Assembly (NCBI RefSeq): GCF_009914755.1
Contig: NC_060935.1
Direction: 5' to 3' (one strand)
Length of the DNA stretch: 64,000 nucleotides
Source of the DNA: the human T2T-CHM13v2.0 reference genome, Homo sapiens
Shown: piece by piece, positions 46,031 through 60,615 of the stretch
Numbering within the stretch: the first letter of the stretch is position 1
Layout: every line of letters begins with the position of its first letter
Notes under the pieces: model-generated
The model's input: only the letters and a program-made list of their open reading frames with translations
What the model was told of the DNA's origin: nothing
Database searches by the model: none
Made by a program: the position numbers and the translations under genes

Positions 46031-49000
46031 GATTAGGAGTTTAGGCTTCTCAGCTATTCAAAGAACATGGCTCCAAGGAGGTTTCCCAGCTCTATGCCTT
46101 GGCACACTTCTGGGTGCTTGGTGGCTGCCCACTGGATTCTCCCTCAGTTCTGGTGCTTCTGCCTGCCATCAGATAATCTGTAGGTTGGCCTGCCAGATCT
46201 GGTCCTGCCCATCTTGCAGCCTACATCCCCTGGAATGAGTAGGAAGTTCAGACCTCTGTGCACTCTACATATCAGGCCATTGCCTGAGACAACAAAGAGC
46301 TTCTCCTAGTAAATAAGGATCAAGTATATACCCAACCACACTGGCCACCTCTTACCCATAAGTGGCATATACTGGCTTTTAGATCAAACTGCACAGCCCA
46401 ATATAAAACCTGACAATAGACATTCATAAGTCTATAGAAGCAAAGCCAAAGGACCCTACCTGACATTATTTAGAGTCACATTCTCCTAGGGAGGAAGGGA
46501 AAGGGAAAATTAAAGAAATATCAAACCAGTAATATAATAGAAAAAGAAAAAAAAAAGAAAAGCTACTATTCACATGAAAATAGTTTTCCAACTTAGAAGT
46601 GCGAGCATCTCCGGATGTTAGAAAACCAGTGCAAGAATTCTGGTACCATGAAAAATCTGAATATAATGACACTTCCAAAAGATCACACCAACTATCCAAC
46701 AATGGTCTCTAACCCAAATGGAAACTCAGAAATGACAGATAAAGAATTCAAAGAATGGACTGTAAGGAAGCTCAATAAAATTCAAGAAAATGTTGAAAAT
46801 CAATACAAAGAAACTTCTAAAGCAATCCAGGAAATGAAGGGATAAACATATTAAAATTAAGTCAATCAGAGATTCAGGAATTGAAAAACTTTCTTAGGGA
46901 ATTACAAACTACAATTGAAAGCTTTATCAATAGATAAGACCAAGCAGAAAAAATAATTTAAGAGCTTGAAGACTGATCTTCTGAATTTGGTCAGATGAAA
47001 TATTATAAAAGTAAATTTAAAACACGGACAAAGTACTAAAGAAATATGGGATTATATAAAATGACCCAAACCTATGAATTATTGGCATTTTCAAGAGATA
47101 AGGAGGAAAGTAAATAACTTGGAAAATATGTTTGAAGAAATAATTCAATAATGTTTCTCTAATCTTGCTAGAGAGGTAAACATTCAGAGACAAGAAATCC
47201 AGAGAACACTTGTGATGTAGTATACAAAATGAACATCATTAAGGCATATAGTCACCAGACTGTCCAAAGTCAACATTAAAGAAAAAAATCAAAGGCAGCT
47301 AGAAAAAAAGCTCAGATCATGGACAAAGGGAATTTCTTCTGGCTAACAGCAGACTTCTCAGCAAAGCTTGCAAGTCAGGAGAGATTGAAAACCTATTTTC
47401 AACATTGTTGAAGACAAGAAATTGGAATTAAGAATTTCTTAATCTTACTAAAACTATAAACTCCATAAGTGAAGGAGACATAAAATCTTTCCAGCAAGTA
47501 AGTGTTAATGGAATTTTTTTATGACTAGACCAGCTTCTTCAAGAGATCCTTAAGGGAGTGCTAAACGTAGTAACAGAAGAATGATATCTGCTACCACAAA
47601 AACACACTTAGGTAAATAGCCTACTGACCCTGTAAGAAACAATACAATAGAAACAACAAAGCCACCATCTAAAAACATCATGATGGGATCAAAACATCAC
47701 ATATCAGTATTAACTATGAATATAAATGGTCTAAATACTCCACTGAAAAGACACAGAGCTGCAAGTTGGATTTAAAAAAAAACAACAACCATACATCTGC
47801 TGTCTACAAGAGACCAACATCACACATCATAATATTCACAGGTTCAAAGAATAGGAGAAAGATCTCTCACACAAATGAAAATCAAAAAAGAGTGGAAGTC
47901 ACTCTTTTTATGTGAGATAAAAGAGACATTACACCAAACATCAACAACACTAAAAAAGGACAAAGAATAACATTACATAATGATAAAATATTCAATCCAA
48001 AAAGAATGCTTAATTATCCTAACTCCATACACACCCAATGTTAGAGTACTCAGATTCATAAAACAACCACTTCCGAACCTGAAAAAAAAATCTTAGACAC
48101 ACACACTGTAATAGTGGGGGACTTCAACAACCTGTTGTCAGCATTAGACAGATCACTGAGGCAGAAAACTAACAAAGAAAATATGGACTTAAGTTTGATG
48201 CTTGAACAAATGTACCTAATAGACATCTACAGAGTACTCTGTCCATCAATCCCAGAATACACATTTTTCTCAACTGCACAAAGAATATACTCCAGGACTA
48301 ACCATATGCTTAGCCAAAAAGTGAGTCTCAGAATATTTAAAAATATTAAAATTGTTACAACATTCTCAGACTTCAGTGGAATAAACATATAAATCAGTAC
48401 CTCAAATTAACGATCTAATATTATATCTAGAGGAAGTAGGAAAAAGGAGCAAACTAACCTCAAACCTAGAAAATAAAGAAATAACTAAAGTCAGAGCAGA
48501 ACCTAATGAAATTGAGATATAGAAATTCATACAAAGAATCAATGAAAACAAAAGTTTGTTCTTTGAAAATGTTAACAAAGTTTGATAGAGTGATAGCCAG
48601 ATTTAGAAAGAAAAAAAGAGAGAACATCCAAGTAAGCACAAACAGAAATGACAAGGTGACATTACAACGAATCCCACAGAAATACAAAAAATTCAGATAC
48701 TATTATAAACACTTCTAAGAACACAAACCAGAAAATCTACAGACAACTGATACATTTCTGAAAAGACACATCCTCCTGAAATTAAAACCCTGAATATACC
48801 AATATTGAGGCCAGAAATTGAATCAATAAGAAAACACCTGCCAAACATGAAAAGCTCAAACCCAAATGTATTCACAGCTGAATTCACAGACATACAAAAA
48901 AGTGCTGGTGCCAACTCTGCTGAAGCTATTCCAAAAATTCAAGAAGGATGGACTCATTTCCTCATTTATTCTATGAAGTAAAGTTACCCTGATGCCACAA

Positions 49001-50012
49001 CCAGGTAAAAACACAACGGAAAAGGAACTACAGGCTAATATCCCTGATGAACCTAGACACAAACATTTTTAAGAAAATATTAACAAACCAAATTCAGCAC
49101 CACATCAAAAAGTTAATTCACCACAATCAAGTAGACTTTATTCCTGCAAGGTTGGTTGAACCTACACAAATTAATAAATGTGATTCAGAGCTAAAAACAA
49201 AAACAATATGATCACCTCAATAGATGTGATAAAAGCTTTTGATAATATCCAAAATTTCTTTATGATATAAAAACTTCAACAAATTAGGCATAGAAAGAAC
49301 GGACATAAAATAATAAGACTCATCTCTGACAAACCCACAGCCAACATTATACCCAATGGCAAAAGCTGGAAGCATTCCCATTGAGAACTGAAACAAGATA
49401 AGTATGCCCACTCTCCCCACTCATTTTCAACATAGTACTAGAAGGGATGGCCAGAACATTCAGGCAAGAGAAAGAAATAAAAGACATCCAAATAGGAAAA
49501 GAAAACGTCAAACTATCTCTCAATATGAATGATATTAAATTTCCTAAATTTCATATCATTTCCTGAAATTCCCAACAGAATCTAACAAAAAGCTCCTGGA
49601 AATTATAAAGGATTTTGGTAAAATTTCAGGATACAAAATCGGTGTACAAAAATTAGTACCATTTCTATGCACAAATACTATTCAATCTGAGAGCCAAATC
49701 AAGAATTCAATTCCATTTACAATAACCACGAACAAAAAATAAATTATCGAGGAATACATCTAACTCAGAATGTGAAATATTTCTACAAGGAGAACTACAA
49801 AACATGGCTGAAAAAATCATAGATGACAATAACAAATGGAAAAACATTCTAAGCTCATGAATTGAAAGAGTGAATATTCAACATTGTTCCTTTAAAACTA
49901 ACAATGTAATTCTTCAAAGAATTAGAAAAAATGATTACAAATTTCATATGGAACCAAAAAGAGCCCCAATAGCCAAAGCAATCCTAAGCAAAAAGGAAAA
50001 TGCCAGACATCA

Positions 50013-52252
50013 TGATATGGTTTGACTCTGTGTCCCCACTCAAATCTCATCTCAAATCGTAATCCCCATGTGTTAGGGGAGGGACCAGGTGGGAGGCAAT
50101 TGGATCATGGGGGTGGTTCCCCCATGCTATTCTTCTGATAGTGAGTGAGTTCTCACAAGAACTGATGGTTTTAAATTATGGCATTTCCTCATGCTCACAC
50201 AAACTCTCTCCTGCTGCCTTGTGAAGAGGGTAACTGCTTCCCCTTTGACTTCTGCCATGATTGTAAGTTTCATGAGGCTTCCTATCCAAGATTCCTGTGA
50301 AGCCTGTGGAACAGTGAGTCAATCAGGCTTTTTTCTTTTACAATTACCCAGTCTCAGGTAGTATTCCTTTTTGAAGTGTGAGAATGGACTAATATAGTAA
50401 ATTGGTACCAGGAGTGGGGTACTGATATAAAGATACCTGTAAATGTGGAAGAAACTTTGGAACTTTGTAATTGGTAGAGGTTGGAACAGTTTGGAGGGCT
50501 CAGAAGAAGAAAGAAAGATGTGGGAAAGTTTGGAACTTCCTAGAGACTAACTGAATGGTTTTGACCAAAATATGGATAATGATGTGGACAATGAAGTACC
50601 GGCTGAGGTGATCTCAGATAGACATGAGGAATTTCTTGGGAGCTGGAGCAAAGGTCACTCTTACTATGCTTTAGCGAAGCGACTGCAGCATTTTGCCCCT
50701 GTCCTAGAGATCTGTAGAACTTCAAACTTGAGAGAGATGATTTGGAATTGGAACTTATGTATAAAAGAGAACCAGAGGATAAGGGCAGCTTGATGATGTG
50801 ATAGAAAAGAAAAATTTATTTTCTAAGGAGAAATTCAAGCCAGCTGCAGAACATTTTATGTAAAAAGGAGCCAAACATTAATAACTAAGACAACGAGGAA
50901 AATGTTTCCAGGGCATGTCAGAGATTTTGGCAGCAGCCTCTCCAATCACAGGCCTGGAGACCTAGGAAGGAAAAATGATTTTATCTGCCAGGCCCAGGGC
51001 CCCCCTGCTCTGTGAAGCCTTGGGACTTGGTGCCCTGTGTCCCAGATGCTTCAGCTCCAGCTGTGGCTAAAAGGGGCCAAGGTACAGCTTGGGCCACTGC
51101 TTCAGAGGGTGCAAGCCCCAAGCCTTGGTGGCTTCGATGTAGTGTTGGGTGTGTGGGTGCACAGAAGACAAGAATTGAGGTTTGGGAACCTCCGCTTAGA
51201 TTTCAGTGGATGCAGGAGCAGAGCCCTCATGGAGAACTTCTGCCAGGGCAGTGCAGAAGGGGATTGTGGGGTTGAAGCCCCCAGATGGAGTCCCTAATGA
51301 AGCACTGCCTAGGAAATCTGTGAGAAGGATGCTGCCTTCCAGACCCCAGAATGGTAGATCCACTGACAGCTCGCACCATGTGCCTGGAAAAGCTGCAGAC
51401 ACTCAATCCCAGTCTGTAATAGCAGCGAGGAGTGGGGCTGTAGCCTGCAAAGCCACAGGGGTGATGCTGCCCAACACTATGGTAGCTCACCTCTTGTATA
51501 AGCATGAGCAGGATGTGAGACCTGGAGTCAAATAAGATTGCTCAGGAGCTTTGACACTTAATGACTGCCCTGCTGGATTTCAGACTTTCATGGGGCCTAC
51601 AGTCCCTTTGTTATGTCCAATTTCTCCCATTTGTAATGGGAACATTTGCCCAATGCCTGTACCCCCATTGTATCTAAGAAGTAACTAATTTGCTTTTGAT
51701 TTTTCAGGCTCATAGGCAGAAGAGACTTGTCTTGTTTCAGATGAGACTTTGGACTGCGGGCTTTTGAGTTAATGCTGAAAGGAGTTAAAAATTTGAGGGA
51801 CTGTTGGGAAGGCATATTAGTGTTTTTAAATATGAGCACATAAGATTTAGGAGGGGCCAGGAGCAGAATAACATGGTTTGGCTCTGTGTCCCCACCCAAA
51901 TCTCATCTTTAATTGTAATCTCCATGTGACAAGGGAAAGACCAGGTGGGAGGTGATTGGATCATGGGGGGCAGTTGCCCCCATGCTGTTTTCCTCATAGG
52001 GAGTGAGTTCTAATGAGAGTTGATGGTTTTAAAGTTGTCACTTTCTTGTTCTAGCACACACTCTCTCCTGTCACCTTGTCAGGAAAGTGCCTGCTTCCCC
52101 TTGCCTTCAGCCATGATTGTAAGTTTCCTAAGGCATCCTAGCCATGTTTCCTATTAAGGCTGCAAAACTGTGAGTCAATTAAACCTCTTTCCTTTATAAT
52201 TACCCAGTCTCAGGTAGTATTCTTTATATCAGTGTGAGAATGGACTAATATA
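50013..52252 (+). mobile_element. Two-LTR THE1D-like MaLR element
   Basis: LTRs 50013-50396 and 51869-52252 (384 bp each); internal starts gtaaattggtacc; PPT gaggggccaggagcagaa; 5-bp TSD catca/catcc; L1 ORF2 continues across it. Confidence 0.95.
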
Positions 52253-53624
52253 CATCCCAATATTGACTTTAAATTATACTATAGGTGACAGTAACAAAAA
52301 CACTATGGTACTGGGACCAAAAAAATAGACATAGGTCCATGCAACATAATAGACAATCCAGATACAAAAGCCACATACCTACAGCCATCTGATCTTTGAC
52401 AAAGTTGACAAAAATTAGCAATGGGGAAAAAACTCCCTATTCAATATGATAACTGGTGCTGGAATAGCTGGCTAGCCATATGCAGAAAAAGGAAACTAGG
52501 CTCTGACATTTCTTCATACACACAAATTAGCTCAGGATGGTTTAAAGATTTAAATGTAAAACCTCAAATTATAAGAATCCTAGAAAACCTAGGAAACACC
52601 CTTCTGGACATTGTCCTTGGGAAAAAAAATTTATGCCTAAGTCCTCAGAAGCAATTGCAACCAAACCAAAATTGACAAGTGGGACCTAATGAAACTAAAG
52701 AGTTTCTGCACAGCAAAAGAAACCATCAACAGAGAAAACAGACAACTTACAGAATGGGAGAAAATATTTATAAAGTCTGCATCCAACAAAGGTCAAATTC
52801 CTAATGTCCGTAATGAACTTAGTCAACAAGCAATAAGCAAATAGCCCATTTAAAAGTGGGCAAAAGATGTGAACGGAATCTCTCAAAAGAAGACATTTAT
52901 GCAGCCAACACACATGAAAAAAATTAAAGATCATTAATCATCAGAACAATGGAAATCAAAACCTCAATGAGATACCATCTCACACCAGTCAGAATGGCTA
53001 TTAAAAAGTCAGAAAACAGTAGATCTTGCCAAGGCTATGGAGAAAAGAGAAGGCTAATACACTATTAAGGAGAAGATAAATCAGTTCAGCCACTTTGCAA
53101 AGCAGTTCAGAGACTTCTCCAAGATGTTAAAACAGAACTACTGGGTAAATATCCGAAAGGAAATACATCATCTAGCAAAAAGACACATGCACTTGTGGCA
53201 CTATGCTATGTGTTCATCACAGCACTATTCACAGTAATGAAGCCGTGGAATCAACTCAGGTGCTCATCAACAGTAGATTGTACAAAGAATTGGAAGCCAT
53301 TATCCTAACTGAATTAATGCTGGAACTGACAGTCACATACTGCACATTATCACTTATAAGTGGGAGCTAAACACTGGGTACTAATGGACATAAAGATGGC
53401 AACAATAGACACCGGGAACTACTAGACGGGCGCAGGCTGGGAGGTAGCCGGCTAAATGTTGAAAACCTAGGTATTGAATACAACGTTCACTACCTAGGTG
53501 ACAGGATCATTCATATCCCAAACCTCAGCATTACACAATATACCCATGTAACAAACTGGCAGATGTAGCCCCTGCATTTAAAATAAAAGTTGAAATGATA
53601 AAAAATACAAAAAAATCAAAATCA

Positions 53625-53840
53625 GAGTGTACTTTGGATTTATCCCAGTTTGAATTCTTATACTACCTCTTATAAGTGATCTCATTCAATATACTTCCCA
53701 CCTTTCAGAGTCTGTTTTCTTATCTGAAAATGAAAATAACTGACTTATCTCATTTCTTATGACTATTAAATCATATACAGTACTTTGATTATTTCTTGAC
53801 ACAATGAAGGCCCTTAGCAACTAATAATTAGTGTTATCAT
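53625..53840 (+). mobile_element. MIR relic
   Basis: tcagagtctgttttcttatctgaaaatgaaaataac. Confidence 0.6.
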
Positions 53841-53869
53841 TAGCTTTGCTATTATTGTTTCCTGAGTGC

Positions 53870-53960
53870 CCAGAGCAGTGCCTGACATGTGATAAAACTG
53901 CAATAATTCGTTGTTTGGTGAAAAATTTAATGAAATAATGAATACATAAACAAATCAATA
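53870..53960 (+). mobile_element. L2 3' end
   Basis: gcagtgcctgacatgtgataaaactgcaataattcgttg..aatgaat. Confidence 0.6.
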
Positions 53961-54494
53961 AGTTATAGAAATAGCATTATAATAAATTATGTTTACATAA
54001 TAGTGTGATTCTGGTAAATATCATAGAAGGACTAACAGACAAGCAAATAAATGTCCTTGGAGATAGTCAACATGGATTCACAGAAAGCATAAAATAAGAA
54101 AAATTAGTTGACTTTTAATGTAATATACCAGAAAATTAATCTGCATACATTGTCTATATATTTGAAATCTCAGAACTCATAGTTTCTATTTATTCTATTT
54201 AATCATATAAAATAGCTTTCTTTTTTTTAAATTATAAATTTTATTGTTCTGTGTTATTGGAGGTTGTATTAATTAGGATAGGCTAGGTTATGTTGCATTA
54301 TAATTAACTACATAGCAAATACAAATAGTAACACAAATGGGTTTTTTATGCTCCACATGCCTGATCACAGTTATATGATAAATCAATTAATTTGTATCCC
54401 TTTAGTATTCTTTAATATTATTCCATAATATTTTTCTGTTCTTCAAAATAGTTTCTTTAAGAATCGTATTGTATTTCCTTATGTTAAGCTACTC

Positions 54495-54949
54495 AAATTA
54501 GTTTCTTGGGGCAGCCGTACAAATTACTACAAACTTCGTGGCTTAAAAAAACAGAACTTCATTCTTGCACTTAAGGAGGTCAGAAGTCTGAAATCAAGGT
54601 GCTGAGAGTGGTACATTTCCTATGAAATCTCTAAGAAAACATCCTTTCTTGCCTTTTTTAGATTCTGGTAGTTCCAGGCATTCCTTGGCTTGTAGAAGCA
54701 TAGTTCTTATTTCTTCCTTCACCTTCACAAAGGTTTTCACATGGTCTTCTTCTCCACGTTTCTCTGCTACTCTTCTCTTACAAGGACACTTCCCACTACA
54801 TTTACGGCCCACCCTAACTCAAGGTGGTCTCATCCTTAACATAGTTATATCTCTAAAAACACCTTTTCCAAATAAGGTTATATTTCCAGGTTCTTGGTCG
54901 ACTTATCTGCTTGGAGTGGAGGCAGGAGGCACCATTCAAGCCACTACGG
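54495..54949 (-). mobile_element. MLT1C-like solo LTR
   Basis: ggcttaaaaaaacagaac..ggaggtcagaagtctgaaatcaaggtg..ttttccaaataaggt..accattcaagccactac. Confidence 0.87.
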
Positions 54950-56314
54950 TACAATAGTTTACTAAATCTAAATATTTCTGGTTTAAATGTTAAATTTTAT
55001 AAGGTACATAAAAAGATCAGAGCTGGGTGAAGATTGAATTGTGGGAGAGAAAAGCCTGGAGATAGAAAACAAATAAGAATTCAAGTACAATAATGAAAAC
55101 AATTTAAACATGGGAAACTAATAATATTGGAACTAGAAGGGGGCTAAATGTGAGCCATTTAACAAAAATATTTTACAGGTTTAGAAAATGTTTGGGAAAG
55201 GCCACTAACAAAACTATCACGGAGCATAAGCATATTTGTAAACAAAGCTAACTTTTGATTTTGAATATGCCAAATTTAACTTTTAAAGAGAAATGTTGAC
55301 TTTTCACTTCTGTTCACTACAGCTTTCATTATCAATGCATTTTTCTACCCGCTCTCAGTCCCTGTTCATGAATTTTGGTGAAGGTTTCTCTACATTTAGG
55401 GGCATTGAATAAAGAAGCAGAATTAATATTTTACCAATATATTCTGAACTTGAAAAATGTAGTTTCTGGCATTTTTGGATCCCTTTTTTTTTTTTTTTTT
55501 TTGATGCTTCTCTAAGTTGAGTTTCTCAAAAACTGACAATAGAATGAGGACTTGAGTTAAGTAATTCAGGAAGGAAGTGCTCCCATAAGAAACTATTAGA
55601 GGAGTGAAGAAAGCAGGAGAGAGGAGAGAAATCTAAACAGTTTTTATTTTCAGCAAAATCTTACCCTCAGCTTCATCATGCTGGGGACTTCTGGCTGTAA
55701 ATTTTGTTTTAGATTTAGTCCCAAATCCAAGGCACTCTTGGCTAAGGACTTCTCTAGATTAGCACAAACTCAGACAATTCTGCATCTCTGCATGTATAAT
55801 AAATATAATAAATGTGACTAGAATAGCTGAAAAGCAGACCTTCGAAGACAGTCACAAGTTTGAGTCTTCTATAGTTATCTCTGCAATTCTGTGACCCACT
55901 CCCCTATTATATTAACTTCACTCTGTCCTGTTAGAGTTTTCTCAAGGTGGTGATTACTCACAATTTCTGCAGAATAATTTTCAATACAATATTTAGAATG
56001 ATCAGTTATATCTAGCTACCGTAGTTTATCCTGAGATGATAACTGATACTGGTTAGGTTCCTCTTCTGTCAACCATCATTGATTCCACTCACTCTACACT
56101 AGTTCTTCTATGATAAAGGAAGTTTTTCTGATGAGAAGCATTTCAATTCCTAAGCATGGCCCCAAATGAAAGTTGTAAAAAAGAGATATATTGAAAAATG
56201 AGTAGTGGTATTACTCAATAACAAATAAAAGGAAGAAAAAAAGTAAGAAAAGGTGAAAAAATAAAAGAAAAAGGAAAAAGTACAACAAAAAGATACTGAA
56301 AATGTCCATATATG

Positions 56315-56750
56315 AGGAAATAATGTGGTATATTTATTTCACTATATTTATGCAACAGAATAGTTTCTGTTAGTAACCATAAATGAGTTACAGCTACCTG
56401 AATAACATTAATACCATTTAATAATCTAATAAGAAGGAAATATGGGTATAACTATCTTTTTATAAAGTTCAAAAGCAAATAAAACAAAAACATGCATTTT
56501 TAGGCATATATATATGTATACATATGTGAAAAATATATACCGCCCAGAGGGGTGGTTTTGTGGGGAGGAAACAGAATTAGACTAACAAAGGTATATGTAT
56601 ATACATATATATAATATAGGGGTAAAGAGTTCACAAGTGTTCATTATGTTAACAAAGTGAACAAATAAGTGTAGGCCAAATATGACCCTGTATCTAGTAC
56701 CAGTGATTACTGCTAATCCATTCTGTGCACCTGTTTTCCAATTAAAAATA
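56315..56750 (+). mobile_element. Old L1M 3' end fragment
   Basis: aataatgtggtatatttatttcac..ttataaagttcaaaagcaa. Confidence 0.55.
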
Positions 56751-59700
56751 AAAATTTTTCAGTTTAATTTATTTGAAAGCACAGCTAAGATTGAGAACCA
56801 TTGCGTTATATGACCTGTAATGAAACTCAATTTATTTTTCAATCAGCTGAGGCAAATACTAATGGGGAATATTTTATTTGTGAAGGAAATGTGATTCAAT
56901 ATTCAAAGAAATGAGGTTTTAAAAAAATTAAATGTTTTAAAGCATGTGATTTTGCTGTATCATAAAGGCATGAAACAAAATATATAATATACTAAAAGCT
57001 TAAATTTTATCTCACAATGCCCATTCAAATGCTAAATGAAGGACTTCAACAGGAGAGAAATAATGTATCTGAGTAAAATGACTTTAACAGCCTGAAACAG
57101 AATTTGCTTCACAAAATCACGTAACCCAAGTAGTTCAATTACGTATCTAATGGAGAGTGTTTAGAAATATGAAGTTTTACCTTAAAACATGAAAAATTAA
57201 GAGGAGTTATGCATTTAATTTTCTATGGAGTTGAGGATCTTCTTAACAATGTGTAAGTTCTGTTTTAACATCCTTATTTCAACAATACAAGAACCTGATA
57301 AATCGTTTATTCACATAGACACTTTGACCACTTTAACACAAAGAAGAGCCATAGTATATTAATGTACCTGACATGAAGATAAATGACTGCAATTAGCTTT
57401 CTCATTAGTTTTAACTAACATTACTTCTTTAGCCATGACTGATTTATCTCCATTTCACTTCTCTAATACTTCAGGAAATTGTCTGTTAGACATTAAAGGC
57501 AGGTAAAGAGAGTTAATTTGAAAATCCAGACAGCAACTTTCTTTTTTCCTTTGGGTTTACTTGTGGCTGACACTCAAGGGAGGGTGCATACACACGTGCT
57601 TTTGTCATTATGCTATAGGAAAATGATCAATGATATGAAAAGTGAACATTTATGAAATGTAGTCAGAGATATATGTCACATTTAATGCGAGGAAAAAAAG
57701 CTAAAAGTTTTGAACGAGTATCTAAAGAATTCTTGAAAAATCTTGGATTGAATTTATGTTTCTGTCTCCCAACGAATTTCACTTTTGTAATAATACCACA
57801 GAGGGGAGGGATTAAATATAGGGATAGGCACATTGATAAGATAAACTAAATGAGTCCATCAAGAGTTTACAATTATTTTTGGGTGATCAGGTTGCCAAAG
57901 TGAGAACAAAAATGAAATTGTATTTTTCTTCAGATTTACAGAAAGCAATAGAACAGTAGTAGAAAGAGGACTTTGCTTTACCTCAGATCTAAGATGAAGA
58001 TTCACATTTTATGTTTTTACAATGATGGCTTGTCTTACAGAAGCCTGTGAGTTTCTTCTGAAAAATTCTGTGTGTGCGTGTGACCAGAGGATAGTCTAGA
58101 GAAGAATTTTCTATTTTCTCTTCCTCATACCTCCCTCATGTGAAGGTGGTACGGGATTTGTACAATAAAGTGTTTTCAAACATGAATGTTGGAAAAGAGA
58201 CAGGTTCTTTTACCTGAAAATCTGAGATCAGAGAAGCTCTCTCTGTCTCTGTGCCTAAGTAGACAATAAATGGTTTGCTTATTTAGGTACTTCAATACCA
58301 GCTTTAGCTCTAGGGTTGAGGAAACACCACCACAGAGGCAGGCAAAACAAAACAAAACATTAACAACAAAATAATCCACTTAGACTTGGAGCCTGAGGAA
58401 GAACAAGATGAACAATTAGACCAGGGCATACCCTTTGAAATAGCGCTGATAGAAGAGTCACATCTAGAATTACACATTTCTCTTAGGCAATTCTGGTTTC
58501 TTTTAGTGGAAGGAATTAGCAAAGAAAATGGTTAGGTTGGGGTGCTCACTATTGCTGAAATGACATTGTTTCCAAGACATCTCAGAGGGAAAAAGTAGAA
58601 GAAATACATGTTTTAAAGTGTGGAGTCCAAAGTGAAATTTGTAATTCAATTTGGATACTATAGTTTTTACCTCAATTTCTTTAATAGTAATTATGTCCTC
58701 TCTAGCAATGGAAGTTATTGATTCTAAAAACCATTAACATAATTTCATACTTTTCTTATTCTACTCTATGAAGAAAACAATTTCAAAATAATGATGCTTA
58801 TGACAGTTTTAAGCAGTTCACATAGTTGTATACATATTATTATTATTTGCACCTTGCATAATGGTAGATTTCTAGAAAATACAATCTATCAAATGCTCTC
58901 AGCAAAAGTATTTAATAAGAAAAAAAGAAAGTATAAACGAAAGGGAGAAAGAGAAGGAGGTCATGGTCTTACCTTGAAGTAACATACTCCATAGTAAGAA
59001 AAACTTACACTCAACTAAGTATTGCACAAGGAAAAATGCAATAAGAGGATAGTAAGAAAATATAGCCAAAATACTATAGGAGAAAAAGCAAGTGGTTATG
59101 ACTTGGAGTCTGGGGATATTTTTACATCATTGTGGCTTAGCATTAAAGAATGAGAAGCACTTCTAAGGTACTGAGACATCAGCACTTCTAAGAATAACTG
59201 AGACATCATTCTATACTGAAATTATTAAGTTTATAGTCAAAGTCAAACTAAATAATTTACAAAGTAAATATAATGGCACTATACCTTATTTTTGTCCTGA
59301 TATTAAACATGAATTATATTATGGTAGCCTTACTTTTACTTAACTGGAGATTTAGATGGTGACTGCATTTAATTCCCATGTTTTCCACATAGAATTCATG
59401 GAAATTATTTGATATTGCTTCATGTGAGTTTCTATTTATGTCATTCTATGACTAGTTCTATAATTGTCACTCCTTACTTTCTCTATCAAAAATATTATTA
59501 CATTCAAGATTGCAAAAGTAAACTGATATATTTAGAACCCATATTTTATAAGAAGTTAGGTAATACTTTGAAAGCATGAAGTTATAGACAGCAAGATGTA
59601 CAAATACGTCCTTTTGAAATGATACATTCCAAAATTGTGACAGTGAAATTGAAATGTGATGAAAAATAATGTAAATGATTGATTCTTAAGGCACAGACAT

Positions 59701-60134
59701 TAATGATTCACAATGAGCTCTATAATTCACAGAACTCAATGATATGCAGAAAACAAATATATGGTAGGTGTATAATTTCCTCTTCCAAGGAAGATAAGAC
59801 CTATACATCAAAGTGATTCACCCCAAAATAACAAATTAAGATAGCATTTTGTTGTATTAAAAATGTAATGTATGCTTTCTGAAATGATTTTCTTCTTTGA
59901 TAAATATATATCTAGCAAAAACCAAAATGTGTGAAGTTTTATGTATAATAACAGAACTCCAATTTCGGTCTCTAATGTTAAACCTGCAACAATAGACTCC
60001 ATTATTCTAAATTACACTTCCATACATAAGGCATTTATACCTACTTTGGTATGGCATAATAGAATGATGTTAGTCATTTATTTCTGATTCTTTCTTTCAC
60101 ATATTAATGAATGATTTCAATGATTCTCTAGATT

Positions 60135-60615
60135 GTATCCAAGGTGATTTTAGCTACTTGTAACAGAAAATATTCCATAGTGGCTTTGACAATTGGTTTA
60201 GGTGGCTTCATGTAACAAGAATTAGAAAGAAGTCAGTTAGGTTGAGACAATCAATCATTTTATTAGGAACCCATATTCCTCTTATTTTCCCCCTTTTGAT
60301 TTTTAGTAAAATGACTTATTCTCCAAAGTCACATGCTAATTGGTGTTTACCAAGCATTCATTATTCCCACCCAAAGAAGGGAAGCAGGCATATAAGGCGA
60401 AGTAAAATCGCCTTGATGACTACTTTTATTTAAAAAAAAAAATCGGGAAGTCCAGAGTTTTTTCTGAAACTACATCTAGACATCTAATACATATCTTTGG
60501 TAAAAACTATGGAAATTGGCTATACCTACCTACATTGGAGTCTTAGAAATGAAGTCTATAGTTGAGCTAACTACTATCTAAAACAAAATCTAGGTTATAT
60601 AAGTAAAAAAAGGAG
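60135..60615 (-). mobile_element. Old MLT1 (J/K-like) LTR
   Basis: ttagctacttgtaacagaaaa...ctacattggagtcttagaaatgaag..aaacaaaatctagg. Confidence 0.55.

Larger units (their letters stand above)
44770..53615 (+). mobile_element. Near full-length L1PA16-like LINE (decayed), with a THE1 insertion
   Basis: 5'UTR start ttccaagatagcagattagag; ORF1 remnant EMTDKEFKEWTVRKLNKIQE; ORF2 start ISVLTMNINGLNTPLKRHR and GDFN motif; 3'UTR ggacataaagatggcaacaatagacacc..aaataaaagttgaaat. Confidence 0.92.

Noticed and set aside
44874-46238. Dense overlapping ORFs suggesting a GC-rich gene
   Set aside because: They lie in the GC-richer L1 5'UTR and its tandem array; no coherent protein
50540-51997. Overlapping ORFs in the THE1 internal region
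   Set aside because: Decayed MaLR internal sequence; short and frameshifted
57934-58046. Plus-strand acceptor/donor pair (113 nt)
   Set aside because: Stops in all three frames and a weak exonic donor context (CCT|GTGAGT); no supporting evidence
59156-59207. Duplicated agcacttctaag..actgagacatc
   Set aside because: Ordinary ~25-bp tandem duplication with no further structure
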